Part shown: piece by piece, positions 9,743 to 18,031 of the stretch
Position numbering within the stretch: the stretch's first letter is position 1
How the letters are laid out: every line of letters begins with the position of its first letter
From: an uncultured bacterium
GTDB taxonomy: Bacteria > Verrucomicrobiota > Kiritimatiellia > CAIKKV01 > CALHGX01
Reading direction: 5' to 3'
NCBI GenBank assembly: GCA_938031185.1
Contig: CALHGX010000024.1
Coordinates: forward strand, 13,187 to 77,186
DNA length: 64,000 nt
Notes under the pieces: model-generated
Seen by the model: the letters and a program-made list of their open reading frames with translations, nothing else
What the model was told of the DNA's origin: nothing
Database searches by the model: none
Translations under genes and position numbers: made by a program

Positions 9743-10996
9743 TCAACCGCTCATGCCGTGCTTCGTTGTCGTCTTCCCAAGCCCAGCCGTGAGCGCCAGC
9801 CCCAGCAGCAGCGCCGCCGCACTACAGCCGAAGGCCCACGGCGCAGCCCGGCCGGGCTGCCAATCCTTGAGCACGGCGATCAACTGCGGCCCGGCTACAC
9901 CGGCGGCGGCCCAGGCCGTCAAGACAGCCCCGTACGCGACCGCCATTCGCGCCGTACCGAACAGGTCCGAAATGAACGAAGGCATGATGCCGAATCCGCC
10001 GCCATAGCACGACAGCACGTAGCAGATCAGCGCCCCGAACACCCATGGATTTCGCGTCCAAACCAATGTCGCAAAAACCAATGCCTGCGTGCCCAGCATG
10101 AGCCGGAAGGTGCTGACGCGCCCCCCGCGATCGGAAACCCAGCCCCAGAAGAGTCGTCCAAGACCGTTGAAAATGGAGCTAGCCGCAATCAATGTCGCCC
10201 CGTAGCGGGCCAGGGTATCCGACGAAAGCGATGGATTCCCCTTTCGCCAGAGATCCTGAAAGAGCGGGGATTGAAACGCGATCATAGAAATGCCGGCAAG
10301 GATGTTGCAGAAGAACACGCCCCACAGGCGAATGAAACGCGCGCTCCACACCTGTTTCAAGGCCGCCAAGGGCGGCTCGGAAGCGGTCGCCGCGCCGGCG
10401 CGGCCGTCGTCGGGGTTCTTGAGGACGGATCCCGTTGCCGTGGCGCCCGCGCCAAGCGCCGCACCCATCAGCCCGAAAACGGCTTCCAGGCTGTTGCCTG
10501 TCACCTTCATCAGCCACGGCGCCAGCGCCTTGCTCATCAACAAAGCGCCGAAACCGAACCCCATCACCACCAGGCCCGTAACCAGCCCTTTGCGGTCTGG
10601 GAACCACTTGGCCGCTGTGGCCACGGGCGTCACATACCCCAAGCCGAGGCCAATGCCTCCAATCAGGCCGTAACCCAGATACAGACCGGGGAGCCACTTC
10701 CACCGCAAAGCGCCTGCGGCTATGATATACCCGATGCCGAACATCTGGCCACCCGTGACCGCCATCCGGCGGGGACCGTATACCGAGAGGCGCGTGCCGC
10801 CCCACGCCGCAGCCAGGCCCAACGCGCAAATGGCCGTACTGAACACGCCCGCCACCTGGGCCTGCGTCCAACCATACGCTTCCACCAAAGGCTGCTGAAA
10901 GAAACTCCAAGCGTACACCGTGCCAAGGCAAAGCTGAAGCGCAGTGCCTGCGATGGCGATGCGCCAGCGTTTCGGATAGGGCGTGTTTGTGACCAT
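9743..10996 (-). CDS. MFS transporter (oxalate/formate antiporter-like family)
   Basis: 417-aa ORF with about 12 hydrophobic segments. The N-terminus RWRIAIAGTALQLCLGTVYAWSFFQQPL is typical of OFA-family MFS proteins. Confidence 0.8.
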   Translation of the reverse strand: MVTNTPYPKRWRIAIAGTALQLCLGTVYAWSFFQQPLVEAYGWTQAQVAGVFSTAICALGLAAAWGGTRLSVYGPRRMAVTGGQMFGIGYIIAAGALRWKWLPGLYLGYGLIGGIGLGLGYVTPVATAAKWFPDRKGLVTGLVVMGFGFGALLMSKALAPWLMKVTGNSLEAVFGLMGAALGAGATATGSVLKNPDDGRAGAATASEPPLAALKQVWSARFIRLWGVFFCNILAGISMIAFQSPLFQDLWRKGNPSLSSDTLARYGATLIAASSIFNGLGRLFWGWVSDRGGRVSTFRLMLGTQALVFATLVWTRNPWVFGALICYVLSCYGGGFGIMPSFISDLFGTARMAVAYGAVLTAWAAAGVAGPQLIAVLKDWQPGRAAPWAFGCSAAALLLGLALTAGLGKTTTKHGMSG

Positions 10997-11169
10997 GGGA
11001 CGCCGCGCACCTTTTCAAAGAGCACCGCAGCCTGTCAACGCCTTTCGGGGGCCGGGCGCGGCCATTTGGAGCTTGCGTAAACGGCCAAGCCTTGTTTGAC
11101 TATGGGGGATGGGCGGCTCGCAGGCGCGGCGCCGCTTTTGCTACCCGTCAGCACGGAAGGAGGTCCGCC

Positions 11170-11628
11170 ATGGCATCCGCCAAGATCAAGGAGTATCTCG
11201 ACCGGCAAGGAGTTAAGTACGTGTCCATCAGTCACTCCCCGGCCTATACGTCCCAGGAAGTCGCGGCATCGGCCCATATCCCCGGCAAGACGTTGGCCAA
11301 GACCGTCATGGTGATCGCCGACGGAAAAATGATCATGGCCGTACTGCCCGGCACGCGAAGGGTGGACTTGGATCGGCTCAAGGTCGCGCTGCAAGCCCAA
11401 CAGATCGCGCTGGCCCAGGAAGCCGAATTCAAGTCCCTGTTTCCCGATTGTGAGATCGGCGCCATGCCGCCCTTCGGCAATCTGTACAACGTACCGGTGG
11501 TCGCGGATTCGGCCTTGACAGAAGATACCGAAATCGTATTCAATGCAGGTTCGCATCGCGAATTGATTCGGCTGGCCTACAAAGACTTTGAGCGTCTGGT
11601 CAAACCGACGATCGCCAAGTTTGCCTGA
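11170..11628 (+). CDS. YbaK/EbsC-type aminoacyl-tRNA editing (deacylase) domain protein
   Basis: ORF 11092..11628. Start moved to ATG 11170, preceded by ggaaggagg. MASAKIKEYLDRQGVKYVSISHSPAYTSQEVAASAHIPGKTLAKTVMV...GAMPPFGNLYN matches the YbaK/ProX-type fold. Confidence 0.7.
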   Translation: MASAKIKEYLDRQGVKYVSISHSPAYTSQEVAASAHIPGKTLAKTVMVIADGKMIMAVLPGTRRVDLDRLKVALQAQQIALAQEAEFKSLFPDCEIGAMPPFGNLYNVPVVADSALTEDTEIVFNAGSHRELIRLAYKDFERLVKPTIAKFA

Positions 11629-11722
11629 GGCCGCCGGAAGAAGAAGTCAGGCGAAGCGGCGCCGGCACAATCGGTATTTGCCGTGCGCCCCGTTCTGGCC
11701 GCATGGAGGAGCAATAATCGTC

Positions 11723-12718
11723 ATGGAGAATAGATTCCGCAAAGAAGCAGTTCTGTTGTCATTGACCATTTGTCTGGCTCGATTTGCCTCGGCTGACGTC
11801 ACGATGATGGGCTTGGCCAAGGAACAAAAAGAGGCCTTGGGTGGTCTAGGCTGGAAGGAGACGGCCGGAGGCGTCGGCGCCTCGGACGTTCCTCATGTCA
11901 CCGTGATGATGGTGGGCTTCAGCGAGAAATCGCCCCTGCTCGATCAAGCCGAGTGGACCGCTTTTCGGTCATGGGTCGAAGCGGGAGGACGAGCGGTCCT
12001 GGAGGCAAGCGAACCGGCGGCCGCCCAAGCGCTCCAGTCTCTCGGGCTGAAAGCTCTGCGTCGAACCAGCGCCGGCCCGTTTCACGTTTCGACGCTGGCG
12101 GATGACCAGTTGTTCGAAGCCCTGAACGCGGCGGCGCCGGCCCTCCTGGCCTCGCCCGGCGGGTTGTTGACAAACGAATGTCCCGATGCATGGCCGTTGT
12201 TGACCTCGATGAGCGGGGAAGACGGACCGAACCCGCGCATCGTGGAAATACCTCTTGGCCGTGGCGGGTTGATCGTAACGGACGCACCGCTGGCGGCCAG
12301 CGACGCGGGCCGCCTCTTGTTGGTTCAACTGACAAGGCATCTTGAAGAATCTTACCGTCCGGACAAACTTCTCGCGCAAATGGAGAAATTGACGGATATC
12401 GCCCGCACACGGGCCGAGGAAGCGCTGTCGCTTGTCATGACCAAGGCCGGCAGCGTGTCGCCCAACGAAATGAACAGTCCGAAGGGCGATCCATGGTATC
12501 GGGTGCCCGGCAGCAGCGGGGACCGGCTGGTCATCACGCCGGAAATCGAAGCCCAACAGGCCGCCATCAAGGAACGCATCAGAGCGCTGCGGCGGGACAC
12601 GCGGCGGGCCGGCCAGGAGGAGCCGCCGGACCATCGCAAAATCAAGCTTCTGCAGCGAGACGCTTCACAGTTGGCCGATGACGCGCTGCAGTTCTTCAAT
12701 TGGATCACCCGCGTGTAA
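11723..12718 (+). CDS. hypothetical secreted protein
   Basis: ORF 11588..12718. Start moved to ATG 11723 (MENRFRKEAVLLSLTICLARFASA signal peptide) after ggagga. No recognised motif. Confidence 0.45.
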   Translation: MENRFRKEAVLLSLTICLARFASADVTMMGLAKEQKEALGGLGWKETAGGVGASDVPHVTVMMVGFSEKSPLLDQAEWTAFRSWVEAGGRAVLEASEPAAAQALQSLGLKALRRTSAGPFHVSTLADDQLFEALNAAAPALLASPGGLLTNECPDAWPLLTSMSGEDGPNPRIVEIPLGRGGLIVTDAPLAASDAGRLLLVQLTRHLEESYRPDKLLAQMEKLTDIARTRAEEALSLVMTKAGSVSPNEMNSPKGDPWYRVPGSSGDRLVITPEIEAQQAAIKERIRALRRDTRRAGQEEPPDHRKIKLLQRDASQLADDALQFFNWITRV

Positions 12719-12825
12719 GCCGCCCGGGCAAGGACCGGTCCCGGTAGCCCGGGCCCCTGCCGCGCGCAACACAGGCGAATGGCGCGTCCGACAGGAAATA
12801 CCCGGTTGCGGCCGGAAAGGGCATG

Positions 12826-12841
12826 TGGCATAGTAGCTGCT
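12826..12841 (+). promoter_or_regulatory. sigma-54 (-24/-12) type promoter candidate upstream of pilB
   Basis: TGGCATagtagCTGCT. The GG and GC dinucleotides are at the canonical spacing of TGGCAC-N5-TTGCW. Intergenic, 40 nt before the pilB GTG. The core is identical to the sites at 17455 and 27545. Confidence 0.55.
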
Positions 12842-12881
12842 GAAAGAAACGTTACCGCCTGAAGCGGAGCGTAAACAAGCC

Positions 12882-14609
12882 GTGCCGTCTTCTTCGTCAA
12901 TTCTTTCGTCATCGGCCAAAATACCCGAAATCCTCCTTCGGCGGGGCGCCATTAAACCCCAAGCCCTTGAGGAGGCACAAGAACACGCCCAGGCTGCATC
13001 CATGCGCTTGGAGAAGTATCTGGTGTCCAACCGTCTCGTGTCCCCCGACGAGATGACGCTGGCCTTGTCCGAGTATGTGCAAATGCCGCCGGTTTCACTC
13101 GCGCATTTCACCCTCAATCACGAACTGATCGAACGGGTGCCGCGAGACACACTGACGAAACACATGGCTATTCCGCTTGGGCGCGTAGGAAAAACGCTGA
13201 CCGTCGCCCTTGGCGATCCGTTCGACATTATGGCCTTGGACGAGTTGCATGCCGTGACGGGATTGGAAATTGTGCCGCTGGTGGCCTCCGAGAAAGACGT
13301 TCAAGAAGCGCTCGGACGTCTGGCCGCCCAGGACAACCTGGGCCTCGATCTGGAAGACGTTATGCGAACCTCGGACAGCGAGGTTGAAGTGGACCACGCG
13401 CAGGATTCGGAAGAGAGCCTCGAGGAAATGCTCGAGAGCGCCGAGGGCGCACCGGTCATCCGGATGGTGAATATTATCCTGGTGGAGGCGCTTCGCAGCC
13501 GGGCGAGCGATATCCATCTCGAACCGCAAGAAAGAACCTTCCGCCTCCGTTACCGCGTGGACGGCGATTTGATCGAGCGCCCCAATCCGCCCAAGAGCTA
13601 TCAGGCCGCCATCACATCACGCATCAAAATCATGGCGGATTTGGATATCGCCGAGCGCCGCGTGCCGCAGGACGGCCGGTTCAAGATTCGCGCGCTGGGA
13701 AAGGAAGTGGATATTCGCGTGAGCATTTTGCCCACCGTGCATGGCGAAAAAGTCGTCATGCGCGTGCTGGACAAGGCCTCGTTGGCGCCCAATCTCGCCG
13801 CATTGGGGCTGGACACGGTGGCTCATGAGGCCTTGAGCTACGCCATTGCCCAGCCACACGGCATCATCCTGGTGACGGGACCGACCGGCAGCGGCAAGAC
13901 CACCACGCTGTATTCCTGTCTTCAGGAGCTTAATCGGCCCGATGTGAACATCGTGACTTGCGAAGACCCGGTCGAATATCAGCTGCCCGGCATCAACCAG
14001 GTGCAGGTGCGCACAGAAGTTGGCTTGTCATTCGCCGCGGCCCTGCGCTCCATTCTGCGGCAAGACCCGGACATCGTGCTCGTCGGGGAAATACGGGACA
14101 GCGAGACAGCGGAAATCGCGGTCAAGGCCGCGCTGACCGGCCACTTGGTGCTAAGCACTCTGCATACCAACGATGCCGCAGGCGCAGTGACCCGCATGAT
14201 TGATATGGGCATCGAGCCCTTCCTGCTGGCCTCTTCGCTCATTCTGGCCCAGGCGCAGCGTCTTTATCGAAAACTGTGCATGGCTTGCCGCAAGGAAACG
14301 ACGTTGTCGCCAGAAATCCTCAAGCAAAACCGGATTGATCCCAATTTTTTCGGCCCGGCCGTTATTTATCGGGCGGTGGGTTGCCCGAAATGCAACAACA
14401 CCGGCTACCGCGGACGAGGCGCTATCATGGAAGTGCTGCCGGTGGACGACGATATCCGCACGGAAATACTGCGCGGCGCCAGCAGCAGCCAGATTCGCGA
14501 GAAGGCGCAGCAGCACGGAATGGTCACGCTCAAGGAAGCAGGCCTGATCAAGGTGCGGGAAGGCGTCACCTCGCTGGATGCGGCGCTGGAAGTCACGGGT
14601 GGCGAATAA
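12882..14609 (+). CDS. pilB: type IV pilus / T2SS assembly ATPase (PilB/GspE family)
   Basis: 575-aa ORF (GTG start) with a GspE-N-like N-terminal domain, Walker A GPTGSGKTT, Asp/His boxes and a C-terminal CxxC...CPKC tetracysteine motif. Confidence 0.9.
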   Translation: MPSSSSILSSSAKIPEILLRRGAIKPQALEEAQEHAQAASMRLEKYLVSNRLVSPDEMTLALSEYVQMPPVSLAHFTLNHELIERVPRDTLTKHMAIPLGRVGKTLTVALGDPFDIMALDELHAVTGLEIVPLVASEKDVQEALGRLAAQDNLGLDLEDVMRTSDSEVEVDHAQDSEESLEEMLESAEGAPVIRMVNIILVEALRSRASDIHLEPQERTFRLRYRVDGDLIERPNPPKSYQAAITSRIKIMADLDIAERRVPQDGRFKIRALGKEVDIRVSILPTVHGEKVVMRVLDKASLAPNLAALGLDTVAHEALSYAIAQPHGIILVTGPTGSGKTTTLYSCLQELNRPDVNIVTCEDPVEYQLPGINQVQVRTEVGLSFAAALRSILRQDPDIVLVGEIRDSETAEIAVKAALTGHLVLSTLHTNDAAGAVTRMIDMGIEPFLLASSLILAQAQRLYRKLCMACRKETTLSPEILKQNRIDPNFFGPAVIYRAVGCPKCNNTGYRGRGAIMEVLPVDDDIRTEILRGASSSQIREKAQQHGMVTLKEAGLIKVREGVTSLDAALEVTGGE

Positions 14610-14628
14610 GCAAGGAGTGGACCGGTAT

Positions 14629-15807
14629 ATGAGCCCCGTTATGCGACCGTCCGGCGGCACGTCATCCGCCAAGAGCGCACCGGTCACCAAGCCCGCAACA
14701 ACTCGGGGACGAACAAATCTTGGAACCCGTGGCCGTCCTGGCGGCCGTGTGCGCGTTCGCGGCGCGCGCCGGATCGTCGCCCGCGATCTGCCCACGTTTT
14801 CCCGGCAGATGGCCGCAATGCTTTCGGCCGGCATGTCCATCGTCGCCGCCATTGAGACGCTGGAGGAACAAGCCGCCACTCCGAGTTTCCGCATGGTCCT
14901 TGGCGAAATCCGCCGCAGCATCGAGAACGGCGCGGCCTTCTCCGAGGCGCTGGAGCCCATCCCCGAAGTCTTCGACGAGCTGTACGTTAACATGGTCCGA
15001 AGCGGCGAACGCAGCGGGCAATTTGCCGAGACCATGCAGCGAATCAGCGAACTGCTCGAAGCCAACGCCAAGCTGCGTCGAAAGGTGCGATCGGCCATGA
15101 CGTACCCTATCGTCGTACTGTCGCTGGCGCTGGTTATCGCCACCGGGATGATTCTTTTTATTGTGCCGGTGTTTTCCCAGATGTACGAGGATTTCGGCGG
15201 CGCGTTGCCCGGCCCGACGCAGTTCCTTGTCAACCTCAGCCATGGCGCCAAGAAATATGGCCTTTTCGTCCTGCCAACCATCGTGGCGGCTGTCTACTTG
15301 TTCAATCGGTGGCGCAAGACCGACAACGGCGCGTTGGTGATGGATCGCTTTTACTTGCGCGCGCCCGTCGTGGGCGTGTTGGTTCAGAAAGTCGCCATCG
15401 CCCGTTTCTCGCGCACACTGGGTCAACTCGTGAAGAGCGGCGTCCCGATTCTGTCCGCGCTGGAAATAGTCTCCAAGGCCTGCGGCAACCGGGTCATCGG
15501 CGCGGCCATCATGGCGGCGCGGACCGGGGTCGAACGCGGCGATCCAATTTCGGCGGGGTTGGCGGGCAAGGACTGTATTCCTTCCATCTTGGTTCGAATG
15601 CTCGCGGCTGGAGAAAAAACCGGCAAGATTGATGACATGCTGGAGAATATCGCCGACACCTTTGATGACGAAGTGGAGGCCATGCTGGCCTCTCTAACCT
15701 CCATGATCGAGCCCATGTTGATGGTGCTGCTGGGGGTCATCATCGGCAGTATCGTCGTTTGCATGTTCCTGCCGATCTTCAAGATGGGCGAATTGGTTTC
15801 TTCCTGA
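14629..15807 (+). CDS. pilC: type IV pilus / T2SS inner-membrane platform protein (PilC/GspF family)
   Basis: ORF 14578..15807. Start moved to ATG 14629 after aaggag, downstream of the pilB stop. Two GspF repeats are present (FSRQMAAMLSAGMSIV..., FSRTLGQLVKSGVPIL...) with 3 TM segments. Confidence 0.9.
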   Translation: MSPVMRPSGGTSSAKSAPVTKPATTRGRTNLGTRGRPGGRVRVRGARRIVARDLPTFSRQMAAMLSAGMSIVAAIETLEEQAATPSFRMVLGEIRRSIENGAAFSEALEPIPEVFDELYVNMVRSGERSGQFAETMQRISELLEANAKLRRKVRSAMTYPIVVLSLALVIATGMILFIVPVFSQMYEDFGGALPGPTQFLVNLSHGAKKYGLFVLPTIVAAVYLFNRWRKTDNGALVMDRFYLRAPVVGVLVQKVAIARFSRTLGQLVKSGVPILSALEIVSKACGNRVIGAAIMAARTGVERGDPISAGLAGKDCIPSILVRMLAAGEKTGKIDDMLENIADTFDDEVEAMLASLTSMIEPMLMVLLGVIIGSIVVCMFLPIFKMGELVSS

Positions 15808-15832
15808 AGCGGCTGTCATCACGACAGCCGCT
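15808..15832 (+). terminator. stem-loop immediately after pilC (possible intrinsic terminator/attenuator)
   Basis: Perfect 10-bp stem agcggctgtc / gacagccgct with loop atcac. Only a short ttt follows after ccgggg, so the U-tract is weak. Confidence 0.35.
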
Positions 15833-15924
15833 CCGGGGTTTCGATCGGGCGAAAAGGTCTGCGCCCACAGTATTCATCATCCCGTATCCGCCTTCTGGCG
15901 ATTTTTCAAAAACGAGAATTCTTG

Positions 15925-15953
15925 TTGCACTGCCCCCCTAGGTGTCGTATAAA
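15925..15953 (+). promoter_or_regulatory. sigma-70-like promoter candidate for the response-regulator gene
   Basis: TTGCAC-N17-TATAAA, about 25 nt upstream of the ATG at 15978. Confidence 0.35.
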
Positions 15954-15977
15954 TGAAACTTGAAGGGGATGGTCTCA

Positions 15978-17348
15978 ATGGCGACGCGCATATTGCTGGT
16001 GGACGACGAGCCGCGCATTCTGAGTCTGCTCAATAGTCTCTTGAAAAGAGAAAACTATGAGGTGACGTCCATGCAGGACGCCGCCAAGGCCATTGAGTTG
16101 ATTCGCTCGGACTCGTTCGATCTGCTGATATCTGACGTGCGCATGAGCCCGGTGGATGGCATGGAACTGCTCAAGGCCGCCCGGCAAAGTCAGCCGTCCA
16201 TGTCGGTCATCATGTTGACCGCCTACGGCACCGTCGAGACCGCGATCGAGGCGATGAAACTCGGCGCCTTCGATTATGTGACCAAGCCGTTCAAGGTGGA
16301 CGAGCTCCTTCTGACCATCCAGCGGGCCGTGGAATACGGCCGCGCGCTGTCGGAAAACGTGGATTTGAAGGCCGAGCTCATAGGCCGATACAGCTTCGAG
16401 AACATTGTGGCCGAGAGCGCGGCCATGCGCAACGTCTGCGAGATGATCAAGCGGGTGGCGCCGACGGACACGACCGTGCTGATTTCGGGCGAAAGCGGCA
16501 CGGGCAAGGAATTGGTGGCCCGCGCCATTCACACGCACAGCCGGCGGCGGGACAAGCGTTTCGTGGCCGTCAATTGCGCGGCCCTGCCCGAACCGCTGCT
16601 GGAATCGGAGATGTTCGGACACGTGAAGGGGGCGTTCACCGGCGCCAGCGCAAACAAGGAAGGCTTGTTCGAGACGGCGCACGGCGGCACGCTTTTTCTC
16701 GACGAGATTTCGTCCATGCCGATGAGCATTCAGGGCAAGCTGCTGCGCGTGCTGCAGGAAAAGGAAATCCGGCGCGTCGGCGGCACGAGCAACATCGCAG
16801 TGGACGTGCGGGTTCTGGCCGCAACGAACACCAATTTGGAGAACCTGATCAAGGAAGACCTGTTCCGCGAAGACCTTTACTACCGCCTCAGCGTCATCCC
16901 GATCGAAATCAAGCCGCTGCGCGAACGGCGTGAAGACATCATCCCCCTTGTCTTCCGCACCCTCCGCAACGAGATTGGCGAGGGGCGCGAAATGCCGCGG
17001 CTGACTCCGGAAACTCGGGCTGCTTTGGAGGAATATCCGTGGCCCGGCAACGTTCGCGAACTGGAAAATGCCATCAAGCACGCCATCACCTTCGCGCAGG
17101 ACGGCCGCATTACTCTCGAAGTTTTGCCGCCCAAAATTGCCGCCAAGGCTCACGGCGCGGCCCGACCAGCTGGAGAAAAGAACACAGACAGTGGTCGGGC
17201 AAAATCTCTCAAGGCCTTCTTGAGGGAGAAAGAGCGGGAATACTTGGAACAGGTACTCTCGGCAGCCGATGGAGACAAGGAAAAGGCAGCGCAGGCCCTC
17301 AAGATCAGCTTGGCCACCCTTTACCGCAAACTGCCGCCGAACTCATGA
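15978..17348 (+). CDS. sigma-54-dependent response regulator (NtrC family enhancer-binding protein, PilR-like)
   Basis: ORF 15960..17348. The ATG at 15978 is preferred (aagggga lies 8 nt upstream). It has a receiver domain (ILLVDDE...DLLISDVRMSPVDG), an AAA+ core (GESGTGKELVARAIH), an intact GAFTGA loop (GHVKGAFTGA) and a C-terminal Fis-type HTH (KEKAAQALKISLATLYRKL). Confidence 0.9.
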   Translation: MATRILLVDDEPRILSLLNSLLKRENYEVTSMQDAAKAIELIRSDSFDLLISDVRMSPVDGMELLKAARQSQPSMSVIMLTAYGTVETAIEAMKLGAFDYVTKPFKVDELLLTIQRAVEYGRALSENVDLKAELIGRYSFENIVAESAAMRNVCEMIKRVAPTDTTVLISGESGTGKELVARAIHTHSRRRDKRFVAVNCAALPEPLLESEMFGHVKGAFTGASANKEGLFETAHGGTLFLDEISSMPMSIQGKLLRVLQEKEIRRVGGTSNIAVDVRVLAATNTNLENLIKEDLFREDLYYRLSVIPIEIKPLRERREDIIPLVFRTLRNEIGEGREMPRLTPETRAALEEYPWPGNVRELENAIKHAITFAQDGRITLEVLPPKIAAKAHGAARPAGEKNTDSGRAKSLKAFLREKEREYLEQVLSAADGDKEKAAQALKISLATLYRKLPPNS

Positions 17349-17454
17349 CCTTCTTTCGCAAAAACAAGAACTCAAGGATGACGCCAAGACGTTTTTCCCC
17401 TCGATTGACTGTCCATTTTTTGCTATTGCCGTCCCGTACGGTTGAATTGCCGCT

Positions 17455-17470
17455 TGGCATGCAGTCTGCT
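17455..17470 (+). promoter_or_regulatory. sigma-54 (-24/-12) type promoter candidate upstream of the major pilin
   Basis: TGGCATgcagtCTGCT in a lower-GC intergenic region, 81 nt before the pilin ATG. Canonical GG/GC spacing. Confidence 0.65.
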
Positions 17471-17551
17471 TTACGTGGAATGTGGGCGTCGTTGCGGCGG
17501 GTGCCGGAACGATGTTTTACCCGCAGTAGAGAAGAAAAAAAGGAGATGAAG

Positions 17552-17923
17552 ATGAAGAAGAGAACGAGATTGGGGTTCACGCTGGTTGAGATCATGATCG
17601 TGGTGGCCATCATCGGATTGCTGGCCGCGATCGCGATCCCCGGGTTCCTGAAAAACCGCCAGTTGTCGCAGAAGAACGCCTGCATCAACAACCTGCGAAT
17701 GATTGACGCGGCCAAGGAACAGTGGGCCATGGAAAAAGGCAAGAGCACCGGCGATGTCGTGGTGACCACGGAAGTGGACGAGTACATCAAAGGCCGTACT
17801 ACGCCGAGATGCCCTATCGGCAATACCAGCGCCAACTACACGTACAACGTGATCGGAGTCAGTCCCGCATGCAGCCAGACTGCCGCAGGACATGTGCTGC
17901 CTATCACGGAGACGACAACCTGA
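17552..17923 (+). CDS. prepilin-type N-terminal cleavage/methylation protein, probable major pilin
   Basis: Inside ORF 17039..17923. The ATG at 17552 lies 6 nt after aggag. The leader MKKRTRLG|FTLVEIMIVVAIIGLLAAIAIPGF has Gly-1 and Glu+5. The ACINNLRMIDAAKEQWAMEKG motif is common in PVC pilin-like proteins. It is followed by a strong terminator. Confidence 0.85.
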   Translation: MKKRTRLGFTLVEIMIVVAIIGLLAAIAIPGFLKNRQLSQKNACINNLRMIDAAKEQWAMEKGKSTGDVVVTTEVDEYIKGRTTPRCPIGNTSANYTYNVIGVSPACSQTAAGHVLPITETTT

Positions 17924-17941
17924 AGCCGACTGCTCGACGCG

Positions 17942-17978
17942 GACCCCCGGAAATGAAATTCCGGGGGTCTCTTTTTTG
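17942..17978 (+). terminator. rho-independent terminator after the pilin gene
   Basis: 11-bp GC-rich stem gacccccggaa / ttccgggggtc, 6-nt loop, then tcttttttg. Confidence 0.8.
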
Positions 17979-18031
17979 CGGTGCAGAGCGTTTGTCTCAC
18001 GCCGTCATGTCCCTCAACGCCTCGCTCCGCT

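Noticed and set aside
15975-17153. 392-aa minus-strand ORF antisense to the sigma-54 activator. The same pattern appears in other antisense ORFs of 300-400 aa: 26094..27254, 44024..45232, 47509..48657, 50224..51366, 52537..53490 and 54699..55808.
   Set aside because: Each lies entirely inside a gene with strong family motifs on the opposite strand. Each shows low-complexity Arg/Pro/Gly-rich sequence. None has a plausible start context.
17039-17551. N-terminal 171 codons of ORF 17039..17923, which would make the pilin a 294-aa protein.
   Set aside because: This extension overlaps the 3' end of the activator gene and runs through the sigma-54 site. The prepilin leader must be short, and the ATG at 17552 has an aggag SD.
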